Virus record (IMG/VR): IMGVR_UViG_2740891882_000003
Coordinates: 1 to 64,000 of that record
Direction: 5' to 3' (one strand)
Length of the DNA stretch: 64,000 bases
Origin: a virus
Taxonomy: Duplodnaviria; Caudoviricetes
Shown: positions 16,435 through 26,600 of the stretch, piece by piece
How positions within the stretch are numbered: position 1 is the first letter of the stretch
Layout: each line of letters opens with the position of its first letter
The notes under the pieces: generated by a model
Told to the model about the DNA's origin: nothing
Databases searched by the model: none
Seen by the model: only the letters and a program-made list of their open reading frames with translations
Program-made: the position numbers and the translations under genes

Positions 16435-16616
16435 CCGGGCCCGAGCACTACTGCGAAGGCGAGCGCCTTCTCGGCCGCTGCCTGGAGTTCGGGCACGGCG
16501 AGCAGCGGCAAGCCCTGGCCGCCGAAGCCCAAGGCCACTTCCTCGCCGCGCTCGTCGCCCTCCATGCGGCCGAGAAACAACCCGAATCCCTTCGATGGCA
16601 GGAGGCCACACAGTGA
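16431..16616 (+). CDS. hypothetical phage protein
   Basis: MTGPEHY.E.ERLL...AEAQ.H..LA; coupled. Confidence 0.65.
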   Translation: MTGPEHYCEGERLLGRCLEFGHGEQRQALAAEAQGHFLAALVALHAAEKQPESLRWQEATQ

Positions 16617-17479
16617 TCGATGGCAGAAGAGTGGTCGCCTGGACGCCCTACGGCCGGGTCCGGACCTACAGCATCCTGATCAAGTACCTGCAGCGGGATG
16701 TGGAGCGCGGCCTCGTCGATGAGGTGTGGGCGTTCATGAACACCGACCCGGTCGGGCAGGAAGACGACGTCGCTTACGCGCACGAGCTCGACGAGGAGTA
16801 CGACTGGTTCAAGCTCAAGCACCGCCCGGAGGGCATCAGCCTCGGGCACCTGCCGAAGCAGCGCTACACGGGCCTCGCCTACCGGTACATGACCGACCCC
16901 GAGACTGTGTACCTGCGGCTCGACGACGATGTGGTCTACCTGCACGACGATGCGGTCGAGAACCTGGTGCGAGCCCGCATCGAGATGCCCGCCCCGGTCG
17001 CCGTGTTCCCGATCATCATCAACAACGCGATCTGCTCCCACTTCCTCCAGCTGTGCGGGAAGATCCCCACGGAGTGGGGCGAGGTCAAGCCGTACTGCAT
17101 GGACCCCACCGGCTGGGCCAACGGGCCCTTCGCCGTCAAGCTCCACGAGATGCTCATGGATCACATCGAGGCCGGTACCGTCGAAGACCTGTACCTGTAC
17201 CAGGACTTCCCCCTCCAGCCCGGCACCCAGTTCTCCGTGTCCTGCTTCGCGTCCCGCGGCGAGGACTATGCGGCGCTCCCCCAGCCCGGCGTTCTCGTTC
17301 CGGACGAGGAGGAGAGCTGGCACACGATCCACCAGCCGGTCGCCAAGGGCGTGCCGAACATCCTCCGCGGCAACGCCGTGGTCAGCCACTGGTCGTTCTT
17401 CCCGCAGCACCCGTTCCTCAACAACACGAACCTCCTGGACCGGTACCGGGAGCTCGCAGACAAGGCGGTCGCCTCATGA
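16613..17479 (+). CDS. GT-A fold glycosyltransferase-like protein
   Basis: AWTPYGR and YLRLDDDVVYL (DxD); late VVSHWSF. Confidence 0.75.
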   Translation: MIDGRRVVAWTPYGRVRTYSILIKYLQRDVERGLVDEVWAFMNTDPVGQEDDVAYAHELDEEYDWFKLKHRPEGISLGHLPKQRYTGLAYRYMTDPETVYLRLDDDVVYLHDDAVENLVRARIEMPAPVAVFPIIINNAICSHFLQLCGKIPTEWGEVKPYCMDPTGWANGPFAVKLHEMLMDHIEAGTVEDLYLYQDFPLQPGTQFSVSCFASRGEDYAALPQPGVLVPDEEESWHTIHQPVAKGVPNILRGNAVVSHWSFFPQHPFLNNTNLLDRYRELADKAVAS

Positions 17480-17727
17480 CACAGAACGTCAGCGTGGAGG
17501 CGGCACTCCCCGTCTTCCGGCAGCGGTGCGGCGAGCTCGCCGACGAGAACCTCATCCTGAGGGCGCGCGTCAACGAGCTGGAAGCTGAGAACGAGCACCT
17601 TCGCGCCGCCGTAGAGTCGAACCAACCGCCCGCACCGGGCCTAGGGGCGGCGCCAGCCGAGCAGGCTCCCTACAGCGATTACGCCAACCTCGATCAGCAG
17701 AATGACCTGGAACGTGTCCATGAGTGA
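17476..17727 (+). CDS. small coiled-coil protein
   Basis: ELADENLILRARVNELEAENEHL; ATGA coupling. Confidence 0.65.
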   Translation: MTQNVSVEAALPVFRQRCGELADENLILRARVNELEAENEHLRAAVESNQPPAPGLGAAPAEQAPYSDYANLDQQNDLERVHE

Positions 17728-17749
17728 TCCCTCCTAAGCTTTCGCTGGT

Positions 17750-17959
17750 TTACATCTGGGTGGTGGCGACGTTCATTTCGTACTTCGTCGCAGTGAGAAC
17801 GGTGAGGTCGGCGCCGGCCGACAGCACTTCCTTGACGGCGTCGACGATGGCCTGCTGGTCGACGCCGTAGGCCTCCTCCTGAATCTGGACGTTGATGGTC
17901 GCGGTGGCGTCGTTGCCCTTGCGGGCGAAGATCTGGATGTACGGGTAGTCGATGGCCAC
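17750..17959 (-). CDS. small tail-associated protein
   Basis: AGGAGG RBS, GTG start; last gene of tail operon. Confidence 0.65.
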   Translation of the reverse strand: MAIDYPYIQIFARKGNDATATINVQIQEEAYGVDQQAIVDAVKEVLSAGADLTVLTATKYEMNVATTQM

Positions 17960-17970
17960 GAGGGGCCTCC

Positions 17971-18990
17971 TTACGCTTCTCGGTACCAGCCCTGAATGGT
18001 GATCAGGGCGTTGGACAGGATGTCGACGCCCTGGATGTTGGACTCGTTGGATGTGCCGTTGTCGACGCGGAGCCGGTCCGAGGTGCCGCCAGTGCCGCCG
18101 GTGAAGAACACGCACTCGCCGCCGCGGATTGAGCTGGAGGCGCTTCCGTTGGCGCCGATCGTCTCGCCGTGCAGCGTCAACGCCTGCCGGGTGCTGCGGT
18201 CGACGTTGGATGGCATGTCGACAGAGACGAGGCTCGCGCCGGAGCCGGCCGCATTGCTGTTGAGGAAGATACAGACGAATACGATCTTCCCGAGCTTGTA
18301 GTAGTAGCCGGTGCGCGTCGTCCAGGTAACCGAGCCGCCGTTGGTGACGGTCGGCGTGTATGTCGACCAAGTGGTGGCGCCGACGGCAAGGTTTCCGGTC
18401 ACAGTGCCGCTGCCGGCCACGCTCAGGTTGATGTCGACGGTGAGTGAGTCGTTGGTGCGTAGGACGTTCGCGCTGTCGCGGAACAGGTTGGTGTCTCGGG
18501 CGGCGTTGCCGGGGCCCAGTTCGAGTTTGCCGTCTGTGTAGATGCGGGACCGATCGAAAGTGTCGCCCGTGACGAGCGCGCTGTAGGCGACGTCGGTGGC
18601 GGCGGATCCGGTGCGCTGGTAGTTGGTGTTTGAGTTGAGAGATCCGCCCGCACTGCGGGTGAGGGTGGCGGCGCCGATGGACAGGCTGCTGCCGGTGGCG
18701 AGGGCGAGGTTGCCGCCGAACGTGCCGGAGCTGTTGGGGATCTCCACCCACGACGCGGACGCCGGGCTGGTGCCGTTGGAGAAGTAGCTGCGGTAGCCGG
18801 TGTCGGATTCGGTGATCGGCTTGCCCGGGTACGGACTGCTCGGGCGCGTCGATGAGGTGACGATCTGGTAGCCGACCGCGGCGTCGATCTTGTCGAGGTT
18901 TTGACCGATGTCCTGGGTGTAGTTGACAAGCTCGGACCCGTCCGACTTGGACTTGTAGAGCGCGAGCCGAGTGGTAGACGGGTCAGGCAC
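17971..18990 (-). CDS. tail fibre / receptor-binding protein
   Basis: NLDKID N-terminus, S/T/G-rich, WSTYTP..GYYYKLGK.V C-terminal domain. Confidence 0.8.
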   Translation of the reverse strand: MPDPSTTRLALYKSKSDGSELVNYTQDIGQNLDKIDAAVGYQIVTSSTRPSSPYPGKPITESDTGYRSYFSNGTSPASASWVEIPNSSGTFGGNLALATGSSLSIGAATLTRSAGGSLNSNTNYQRTGSAATDVAYSALVTGDTFDRSRIYTDGKLELGPGNAARDTNLFRDSANVLRTNDSLTVDINLSVAGSGTVTGNLAVGATTWSTYTPTVTNGGSVTWTTRTGYYYKLGKIVFVCIFLNSNAAGSGASLVSVDMPSNVDRSTRQALTLHGETIGANGSASSSIRGGECVFFTGGTGGTSDRLRVDNGTSNESNIQGVDILSNALITIQGWYREA

Positions 18991-19534
18991 GGGGAACCTC
19001 CAGCATCAACGACAGGGGGACAGACGGCACGGGCAGGTCCCCGTACAAGAGCTGCCAGCGGTGCACGTCCACGGCCTCACGCTTGGCGCGCAGCCCGGTT
19101 TCGGTGATGCCGTGTGCGGCTCGGATCGCATCGAGCGGATCCTTGCCCTTTCCGGGCGGCTGGACGTGCGCGCGGGTCCGCTTGGCGTCGGCGATCCGCA
19201 GCCGGTGCGCGGCCAGCGCGTCAGCCGTCGAAGCCGCGTTGTACAGGGTGATCGGCTCGGCGTCCGATCGCGTCGAGGTCACCAGCCCAGCGCGGGCGGC
19301 TGCGTCATCCCGGTCCGGCTCGTCGGGCAGGTACGGCTCGTGGAGGACGATGTCGAGGATCTCGTCCACGTCGGTGAGCCCGTACTCGGCGGCCCGCCAT
19401 TCCAGCGTCTCTGGCGGGAAGGCGTGTGCGTGGCCGCTGCCGTCCGGGGCGACTTTGTGCACGAGCCAGTGGAGCTCGCCGCGGCTGGCGCGTAGGGTCG
19501 TGAAGTCTGCGGTGTACACGATCGGCTCAGACAC
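18983..19534 (-). CDS. tail-region hypothetical protein
   Basis: Overlaps both neighbours; LEWRAAEYG..LDIVLHE. Confidence 0.7.
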   Translation of the reverse strand: MSEPIVYTADFTTLRASRGELHWLVHKVAPDGSGHAHAFPPETLEWRAAEYGLTDVDEILDIVLHEPYLPDEPDRDDAAARAGLVTSTRSDAEPITLYNAASTADALAAHRLRIADAKRTRAHVQPPGKGKDPLDAIRAAHGITETGLRAKREAVDVHRWQLLYGDLPVPSVPLSLMLEVPRA

Positions 19535-22451
19535 GGTAGCTCCACACGCTGATCGAAGGGGTTCCACTTGATGTGCCGACGGTGACGGTGAAGCCGCTCG
19601 TACTCGATGCGGTGATCTGCCAGGTCCGGAGCGTGGGGTGGCGCAAGGTCACCATGGGAACCATGGTCGATGCCATCGTGGAGCCGTAGCTGACGCTGAG
19701 AGCGGTGTCGCCGGATGCACCGAACGGCAGGTCAGCGGTCCATACCCCGTCCGTCGACGGTAGGGCCGAGAAGTTGTACCACTTGCCGCCGTATTCGATC
19801 CGGCCGTCGCTGTTGTGGAGCCAGTAGGTCTCATTGCTGCCGGACCCGAACCGGCCGCCCTTGGCGAAAGTATCCGCGGCAAGATATTGGGTGACCTGTG
19901 AGCCGGACGACTTGCCGGTGATGTTGATCTGGCCGCTGTCGGCGTAGAGGGTTCCGCCGTCGACACCTGCCCGGTTGTAGCCCGCGAAGAGGGCACCGGC
20001 TGCGGCCCACACGTAGCCGCCGTAGCGGGCCTGGTTGTCCGCGCGGATGACGGCGAGTTCGGCGTTTGCTGTGTTGAGGAAGGCGCGGGAGATGACTTGG
20101 GTTCCGCCGCCGTCGTCGTACTGCGAGCTGTTCATGCCGAGGTTGACGTCCGAGCCCGATGAGAACGCGTTGACGTAGCCGAAGTCGCTGCCGTTGTTGG
20201 CGTAGAAGCGGATCTCGGGCAGGAGCGTGCCGGTGGGGTTGATCTCCAGGCGTTTCCCGGTCGTGCCGGATTTGAGGGTGCCGATGATGGACACCGATCC
20301 GTCAGCTGCGGCGATGTTGACGGTCTGGGTGCCGTCGGCGCTGTAAGCGAGGAGGCCGGAGGACGACAGTTCGACGCGGGATCCGGTGTCGGCGGTCTTG
20401 ATGCGCGCGGCGACCACCCAGTCGGCGTTGATCTGCCCGGCCGTGACCTTGGAGACGGTCAGGTCGCTGATGTGGGCGTCGTCGATGAGCAGGGCGGTCG
20501 CGGTGGCCGCGTCGCTGGGCCCGGACTTGTTGCCGGTCCTATCGACTGCGACGACCCGCACGTACCGAGCGCTGGTCTCCTCGACCTGCACGGTGAACAC
20601 CACAGGGATCTGCGCCTGCATCATGCCCGCGGTAGCGAGCGCCTTGCCCTTCAGTGTCGACGCGGTCGGCGTGAAGCCCGGCTCGTAGCTCACGTGGACT
20701 TCGAGGTGGTCGAGGTCCGACTCCAGGTTGAACGTGCCGCCGGACGACTTGCCGAGCTGGTGCGTGACCTGCACCGCGATCCGGGAGCCGGCCACGGAGG
20801 GCGCGGCCGGTGTGGACGGCGGGATGTTGTCGGTGGACGTCACGAACGTCGTCGTCCCGGACCAGGCGCCGGTGTTGCCGGTCTTGTCGACGGCGCGGAT
20901 CTGCACGTCGTAGCCAATGCCCGGCGACAGGTCCTGTAGCTGGGCTGTGGTGGTGTCCCAGTTGACGACCATGGTCTGCCATTGGCCGTCGGGTGCGGCG
21001 AAGGGCTGCGCCCAGATCTGCAGGTCTTCCCAGCGGACTTCCGACACGGATGCCCACGTGGCGGGGTAGATCATGTCGGTGTCGACGGCCCACCGGATCT
21101 CGTAGTGGTCCCCGTCGAGGATCGTGGATCCGTCGACGTTGTTGGGGGCGTTCCAGTTGAGGATGACGCGGGCTTTGGTGAAGCCGCGGCTGTCGAGGTA
21201 GGCGACGCCGGTGAACGGTTCGATGAAGGTGGGCACATCGGGCACGGATGTGTCGGCGTTCGGCCTACTGCCGACCGGTTCGGTGCTGGTGTTGGTGAGC
21301 TGGCGGGAGAAGTCCCCGACGGTGACGGTACTGGTGTCGTCGGTCTCCCATTCGACGTACTGGGTGAGGTCGATCCATGCGCCGGCAGAGGTCCGGTACG
21401 CGACCGTGTACCCCTTGGTGATCGACCATTGGGTTTCTGTGACCTGCAGTTTGAGCGGGTTGAGGCGCTGCCCGCGGAACGTGATCTCCGTAGTGATGTC
21501 GATGAGGCCGGAGTCCGGGTCGTACACCCACACCCGGTCGCCCACGACGAAGCTGCCGTGGACGTCGTAGTCGGCGGTGCTGAGAGTGAGGGCGTTGCGG
21601 GTCGACGTGAACTGCGACAGGGCCAGCTGGGCGCGGGTGGCGGCGTTGGCGGTCGCTGTGTCCGACTCGGAGACGAGCCGCGTCAACTTGAGCGTGTTGC
21701 CGTGGAGATCCTTGTACGGGGTCGCCGGGGAGATGTCCGCCGCCCCGGTGGCAATGCTGGAGCCTTCGCCCTCGGCGAGGAGGACGACGCGGGTGCTGTA
21801 GTCCTCGACATCCCGGGTGACGTCCACGCTGCCGGGCAGGGCGCGCAGCGCCATGTCCTCGCCGGAGCCGGTGGGCAGGATGACGCAGGTCGGGTTCGTG
21901 ACGAACAGGTTGCTGTCCGGGCCGGCGTCGAGGGTGGCGTTTCCGTTGACCCGCCACGACACTGGCACCGAGGTGGTCGACATGGTGTCGCACACGTAGG
22001 AGATCGCCGAGCGGGGTGACTCGTACTGGTGGTGGCCGGTGTACTGGCCGGAGACGCTGTAGATGGTGCCTGCGGTGACCGCGCCGGATGCGGGCAGGAG
22101 CATGTTGATGGCGGTGGCGAACGAGGCGCTGGCGGGTTCGACGGCGTTCTCAAAGACATCGCCCTTGCCGTCCTCGTCGCCGAGCCAGAACGCCATGCCG
22201 ACGCCGCCGACGGACAGGTCGTCTTGGGGGGCGTTGGTGCGGCCGTCGTCTCCGATGGTCTTGGTCCGGAGCACTCCGACGTAGCGGGCGGCGGTGAGGA
22301 GGTTGTCGCCGTACTGCAGCGGGTCGAGGCGGCCGGGGATGATCGCGACGTGGCCAAAATAGTCGAGGGCATCGAGGACGTCGCGGGGTGTGCCGGGGAG
22401 GAGTTTGACCTCCCATGAGCCGAGGGCTTTGAGGACTTCCTGAACGGCCAC
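19527..22451 (-). CDS. minor tail / central fibre protein with fibronectin-III-like domains
   Basis: LSPGIGYDVQIRAVD.GN..WS and VVAVDRTGNKS.PS; IS.LTVSKVTAG. Confidence 0.85.
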   Translation of the reverse strand: MAVQEVLKALGSWEVKLLPGTPRDVLDALDYFGHVAIIPGRLDPLQYGDNLLTAARYVGVLRTKTIGDDGRTNAPQDDLSVGGVGMAFWLGDEDGKGDVFENAVEPASASFATAINMLLPASGAVTAGTIYSVSGQYTGHHQYESPRSAISYVCDTMSTTSVPVSWRVNGNATLDAGPDSNLFVTNPTCVILPTGSGEDMALRALPGSVDVTRDVEDYSTRVVLLAEGEGSSIATGAADISPATPYKDLHGNTLKLTRLVSESDTATANAATRAQLALSQFTSTRNALTLSTADYDVHGSFVVGDRVWVYDPDSGLIDITTEITFRGQRLNPLKLQVTETQWSITKGYTVAYRTSAGAWIDLTQYVEWETDDTSTVTVGDFSRQLTNTSTEPVGSRPNADTSVPDVPTFIEPFTGVAYLDSRGFTKARVILNWNAPNNVDGSTILDGDHYEIRWAVDTDMIYPATWASVSEVRWEDLQIWAQPFAAPDGQWQTMVVNWDTTTAQLQDLSPGIGYDVQIRAVDKTGNTGAWSGTTTFVTSTDNIPPSTPAAPSVAGSRIAVQVTHQLGKSSGGTFNLESDLDHLEVHVSYEPGFTPTASTLKGKALATAGMMQAQIPVVFTVQVEETSARYVRVVAVDRTGNKSGPSDAATATALLIDDAHISDLTVSKVTAGQINADWVVAARIKTADTGSRVELSSSGLLAYSADGTQTVNIAAADGSVSIIGTLKSGTTGKRLEINPTGTLLPEIRFYANNGSDFGYVNAFSSGSDVNLGMNSSQYDDGGGTQVISRAFLNTANAELAVIRADNQARYGGYVWAAAGALFAGYNRAGVDGGTLYADSGQINITGKSSGSQVTQYLAADTFAKGGRFGSGSNETYWLHNSDGRIEYGGKWYNFSALPSTDGVWTADLPFGASGDTALSVSYGSTMASTMVPMVTLRHPTLRTWQITASSTSGFTVTVGTSSGTPSISVWSYRV

Positions 22452-22455
22452 CCCG

Positions 22456-23661
22456 TTACCGCCTTACTCCGTAGACGGCTTCCGGCATGCAGGCGATGTA
22501 CATGTTTCGCAGGTCGGTGGCCGCGTCCCCGGAGACCGCGCTGCCGCCGCCGGCCACCACGCCGATCCAGAAGTCCAGCGATGTTGCGCTGGACTTGGTG
22601 ACGCCGCCATTCGTGTGCGCGGTGAACGAGCGTGCGCTGCCGGCCGCGAACCTGTTGCCGTCGGCGTCGTTCGCGGTGGCGGTGACATACCCGGACGCGG
22701 CGAACGAGGTGTTGGTCTCCAGCGTGGAGCGGTAGGCGGCGAGGGTGGCCGAGGTGCCGATCTGGAGGTAGCCCTCGACGAAGCGGGAGCCGCGCCGCAG
22801 GGTGAGGTCGAGGGTTGCGCGGCCCGGATTCTGGCCCTTGACTAGGCGGACGATCGCCATCTCGGGATCGTTGCGCAGCAGCGTCGCCCCATCCCACGAG
22901 GTGATCGACGAGGCGGAGCCGGCAACGGAGATGTTCCACAGCTTGGAGTGGTAGGCGCCGCCCGTGTAGGCCTGCACGTCGAGGGTGGCCGAGGCGCTGG
23001 GCGTGACGTTGACAAGGCCGTTGGCCAGGGACCAGCCGGTGGCGGCGAGGGGCACGTCGACGCCGTACACCTCCTGCGAGCTGGTGGTGGTGACCTTGAC
23101 GCGGCCGGTCAGATACGAGGTCGGCAGGCAGCCCCAGCGTGGCGAGATGTTCGCGGGGACGCCGCGGTAGACGGTGATCGCGCCGTCGGCGCCGGTGCGA
23201 GTCATCGTCGTCGCGTTCGTGGCGCCGGTGTAGTAGCCGTAGTGGCCGATCGGCGGGGCGTGCCAGCGCTCCCCCGTCAGGGAGAAGTCGTTGAGCCTGA
23301 CGGCGCCGGTGAGCCTACTCTGCAGGTCGGTCTCGGAGTCGGAGCCGATCCGGTCCAGGGAGACCTTCCAGTCCGCGGTGACCATCTCGGTGCGGTACTC
23401 GGTGTACGTGCTGTTGCAGGTCTTGACGGCGTAGTAGCCGTTGCGTTCGGGCTTGTCCGTGAACGTGACCGGGATGACCTGGCCTGCGATCAGCGCGTTG
23501 ATGCCATCGTGGCGGGCGATGACCTGCGCCCGGGTCAGCGGCGGATACGACTCCTGCCCTTCCAGGTCGAGGCCGCGGTCGCCGCCGGACTCCGTCGCGA
23601 CGAAGCCCTCCCGGAGCGGGATCCGCCCGAGCTGGATGTCGCCCCATCCGTACAGGCTCAT
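22456..23661 (-). CDS. minor tail protein (distal tail region)
   Basis: Directly follows the tape measure gene; beta-rich. Confidence 0.78.
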   Translation of the reverse strand: MSLYGWGDIQLGRIPLREGFVATESGGDRGLDLEGQESYPPLTRAQVIARHDGINALIAGQVIPVTFTDKPERNGYYAVKTCNSTYTEYRTEMVTADWKVSLDRIGSDSETDLQSRLTGAVRLNDFSLTGERWHAPPIGHYGYYTGATNATTMTRTGADGAITVYRGVPANISPRWGCLPTSYLTGRVKVTTTSSQEVYGVDVPLAATGWSLANGLVNVTPSASATLDVQAYTGGAYHSKLWNISVAGSASSITSWDGATLLRNDPEMAIVRLVKGQNPGRATLDLTLRRGSRFVEGYLQIGTSATLAAYRSTLETNTSFAASGYVTATANDADGNRFAAGSARSFTAHTNGGVTKSSATSLDFWIGVVAGGGSAVSGDAATDLRNMYIACMPEAVYGVRR

Positions 23662-26600
23662 CGGGCACGCCCCCTGTCGTAGTCCCGCAGCGCGTCTTTG
23701 ATCTCCACCACGAGTTCCTGCGCGGCCTGCCTGCGGGCGGACCTGCTAGAGAAGTCGAACGTGCCGGACACGGTGATGTTCTCGATCGTGATGCTCGACG
23801 CGCCGCCGCTACCGGAGACGAGCCGCTCGAACATGGCCGTCTGCTGCGGGTCGAGGATCCGCTCCGGCCGGCGGGTGGCGTTGACCGCCATCGTCGCGCC
23901 GGGCTGCAGGAGGCCGCCGCTGTCGTACTTCGCAGCCGGCGCGAAACCCCAATGGCTGGTGAACAGGGAGTCGTTCCAGCCGCGGGCGCCCTTGCCCATG
24001 TGGACGCCGCGGCCGCCGGACGACTCGACGTTCATGCCGGCCAAGGTGCCCGCGGTGTGGCCGACCCCCGCGTTGGTGATGCCGATCATGAATGGGGACT
24101 TCAGGTTGCGGACCCAGCCGGACGGGCCGTTGTTCCCGACGAACGAGCCAGTCGCCCATCGGCGGTGCGGGCGCTCACCGCGGATCACCGACTCGATCGC
24201 GGACATCAGACCCGAGCAGTCCCAGCTGGGGTTCCCGTTGCCGGCCCACTGGTAGGGCAGCCCGTTCTGGGTCTTCACCCACGAGAGTGCCCGCTGTACG
24301 GCGGGGCCGCCCTTGGCCTTTTTGTCCTCGTTGCCGAGGAAGCCCAGCATGCCGTCGACGGCCTTGTTGGACAGGCCTTTGAGGAGGCTGCCGAAGCCGC
24401 CGCCGGGGATACGGGCGATGAGCGGGCGGACCAGGCTGCTGAGGGCTTTCTGTGCGGCTGTCTTGAGGCCGCCGATGACGAGGTCTTTGGCCCAGTCGGC
24501 GACGGATCCGATGGCGTTGCCGATGCCGGAGGTGACGGTGCCGACGATGCCACCGGAGGCGTAGTGCTGGGTGCTTCCCTGGTACCGCTGGCGTTCCTGC
24601 TGCCGGGAGGGGTTGCCGCCGGTCTTGGTTGGGTGGTCCTGGCCGAGCATGGCGTCGATGGCGCGGTGGCCGCCGAGGTGGGCCACTTGCTTCCTGGAGA
24701 GGACGCGCTCGTCAGGTTCGAGCATGGCAGGGACGATGTCGCCGGAGCCTGTGCCGGGAACGATGCCGCCCTTGTTGAAGCCCAACGAAATGACGGGGAG
24801 TGTGATCTTGCTGCTGATCTTCCCTGCGATGGTGTTCCACATGGAGCGGAGGCCGCCGTACACCTTGGAGATGACCCACTTCACCGGGTCGCCGATCTTG
24901 GATTTGATGCCGTTCCAGATCGTGCCGAGGCTGTCGCGCAGTGTGGAGAACGCGGTCTTCATGCCGTTCTTGAAGCTGGAGATCTTCGAGTTGATCGTGG
25001 AGAAGATCGATGTGACCTTGTCGCGGACGCCGTTCCACAGCGACGACCACGTGCCGGTGATCGCGGTCCTCAGGGAGGTCACCGAGTTCCTGAAGATGGC
25101 CCACGCGTTGGTGAACGAGACCTTCAACCCGGACCAGAAGCTGTTCCACCTGCTGGTGACCGCGCCCCACAAGTCCTTCCAGATCTGGACGACGCCGTTC
25201 TTCAGGTCGGTGAAGATCTGCTTCGTCTTCGACCACAAGCCCGTGAAGTAGCCGATGATCGCCTTCACCAGATCCGGGATGATGCTGTGCCCGACCAGCA
25301 CGTCGTACAGGTGCTGGAACTGGTCGACGATCCATTTCACGACGGCGGTCACCGCATCCGTGAACTTCGTCAGCCAGCCGATGACGGTGGTGATGACCGG
25401 CACGAGGATGTTGATGGCGCCCGCCAGGACACCTGTCAGCAGCTGCGCCAGGCCCAAGATGAGCGGCATCAGTGGCTCGATCACCTGCAAGGCCAGGTTC
25501 AGCAACGCCGCCGTCAACTGGGCCAGTGGCGGGATCAGTGGCAGTACCGCAAGCATGAGCTGCGGGAACATGGGCGCCAACTGGCCGATGAACTGGCCCA
25601 GGGCCTGTACCGCCGGAACCAGCGCCTCCACCACCGGCGCAAGCCCCTGAGCGAGCGCGGCGACCACCGGCACCAGTTGGGCGCCCAGCGCCGACACCAC
25701 GGGAGCGAGCGCCTTGACGATCGCGCCAATCAGGTCGCCGATCGGCTTCAGCAGGGGCATGACGGCCTGCACCAGACCGATGATGATGTCCCCGACATCC
25801 TTCACGACCGGCAGCAGCGCGTCGATGATCGGCGTCAGTGCCTTGCCGAGCGTGGACGCCAGTTGGGCGAGGACTGGCCCGAACTTCGTCGCCAGTTCGG
25901 TCACCACGGGCGCGAGCGCGGCGAGCAGCGGCAGCGCAGCCTGCAACACCGCACCCAACGTCGACGCGAAGAGTTTCGCAATCGAGTTGATCGCCGTGAA
26001 CACCGACGTCAACGCGGCCTGCACACCAGGCATTGCGGTGATCTTCCGCAGCTCGGCGAACACCGCGCCCAGCGAACCGAGCGCGTCCCCGCCGCCGGCC
26101 GCCGCGGCCTTCATGATGTTCCCGAAGGTGGCGAAGACGTCGCCGAGGAGCTTCCCGAACTGCTTGGCGATCTCCACGCCGTTGTTGATGGCGGTCTCCA
26201 GGCCGCCCGACTTGAAGGCGTCGCTGAGCTTCTTGGCGATGGTGTCCGCCGCCCCGGCTGCCGCGGCGGTGAGCCGGGCGAACGCCGGGGACGCGGCGAT
26301 GGAGATCTGGGTGAGGCCGGTGATGATCTGCCCGGGGATGCGGGTGAGGGGGCGCATCCCGGCGTTGAGGCCGTCGAACAGGGCGCGAAGCTGGCCGGTC
26401 TTCGCCAGCTCGATGACGGCGTTCGCGGCGTTCCGCGCCGTGGTGTTGAGGATCGTCGCGGTCCCCGTCAGCCCAGCGCGCAGGGACGGCAGGATGGCAC
26501 TCGACAACTCCGTGAACTTCGCGGCCAGCCCCTGGAAGAGCGCGTTCTGCACGTCGAGCTTCAGGGACCGCCACGCCTCCCGCTGCGCGAGCACCGCGTC

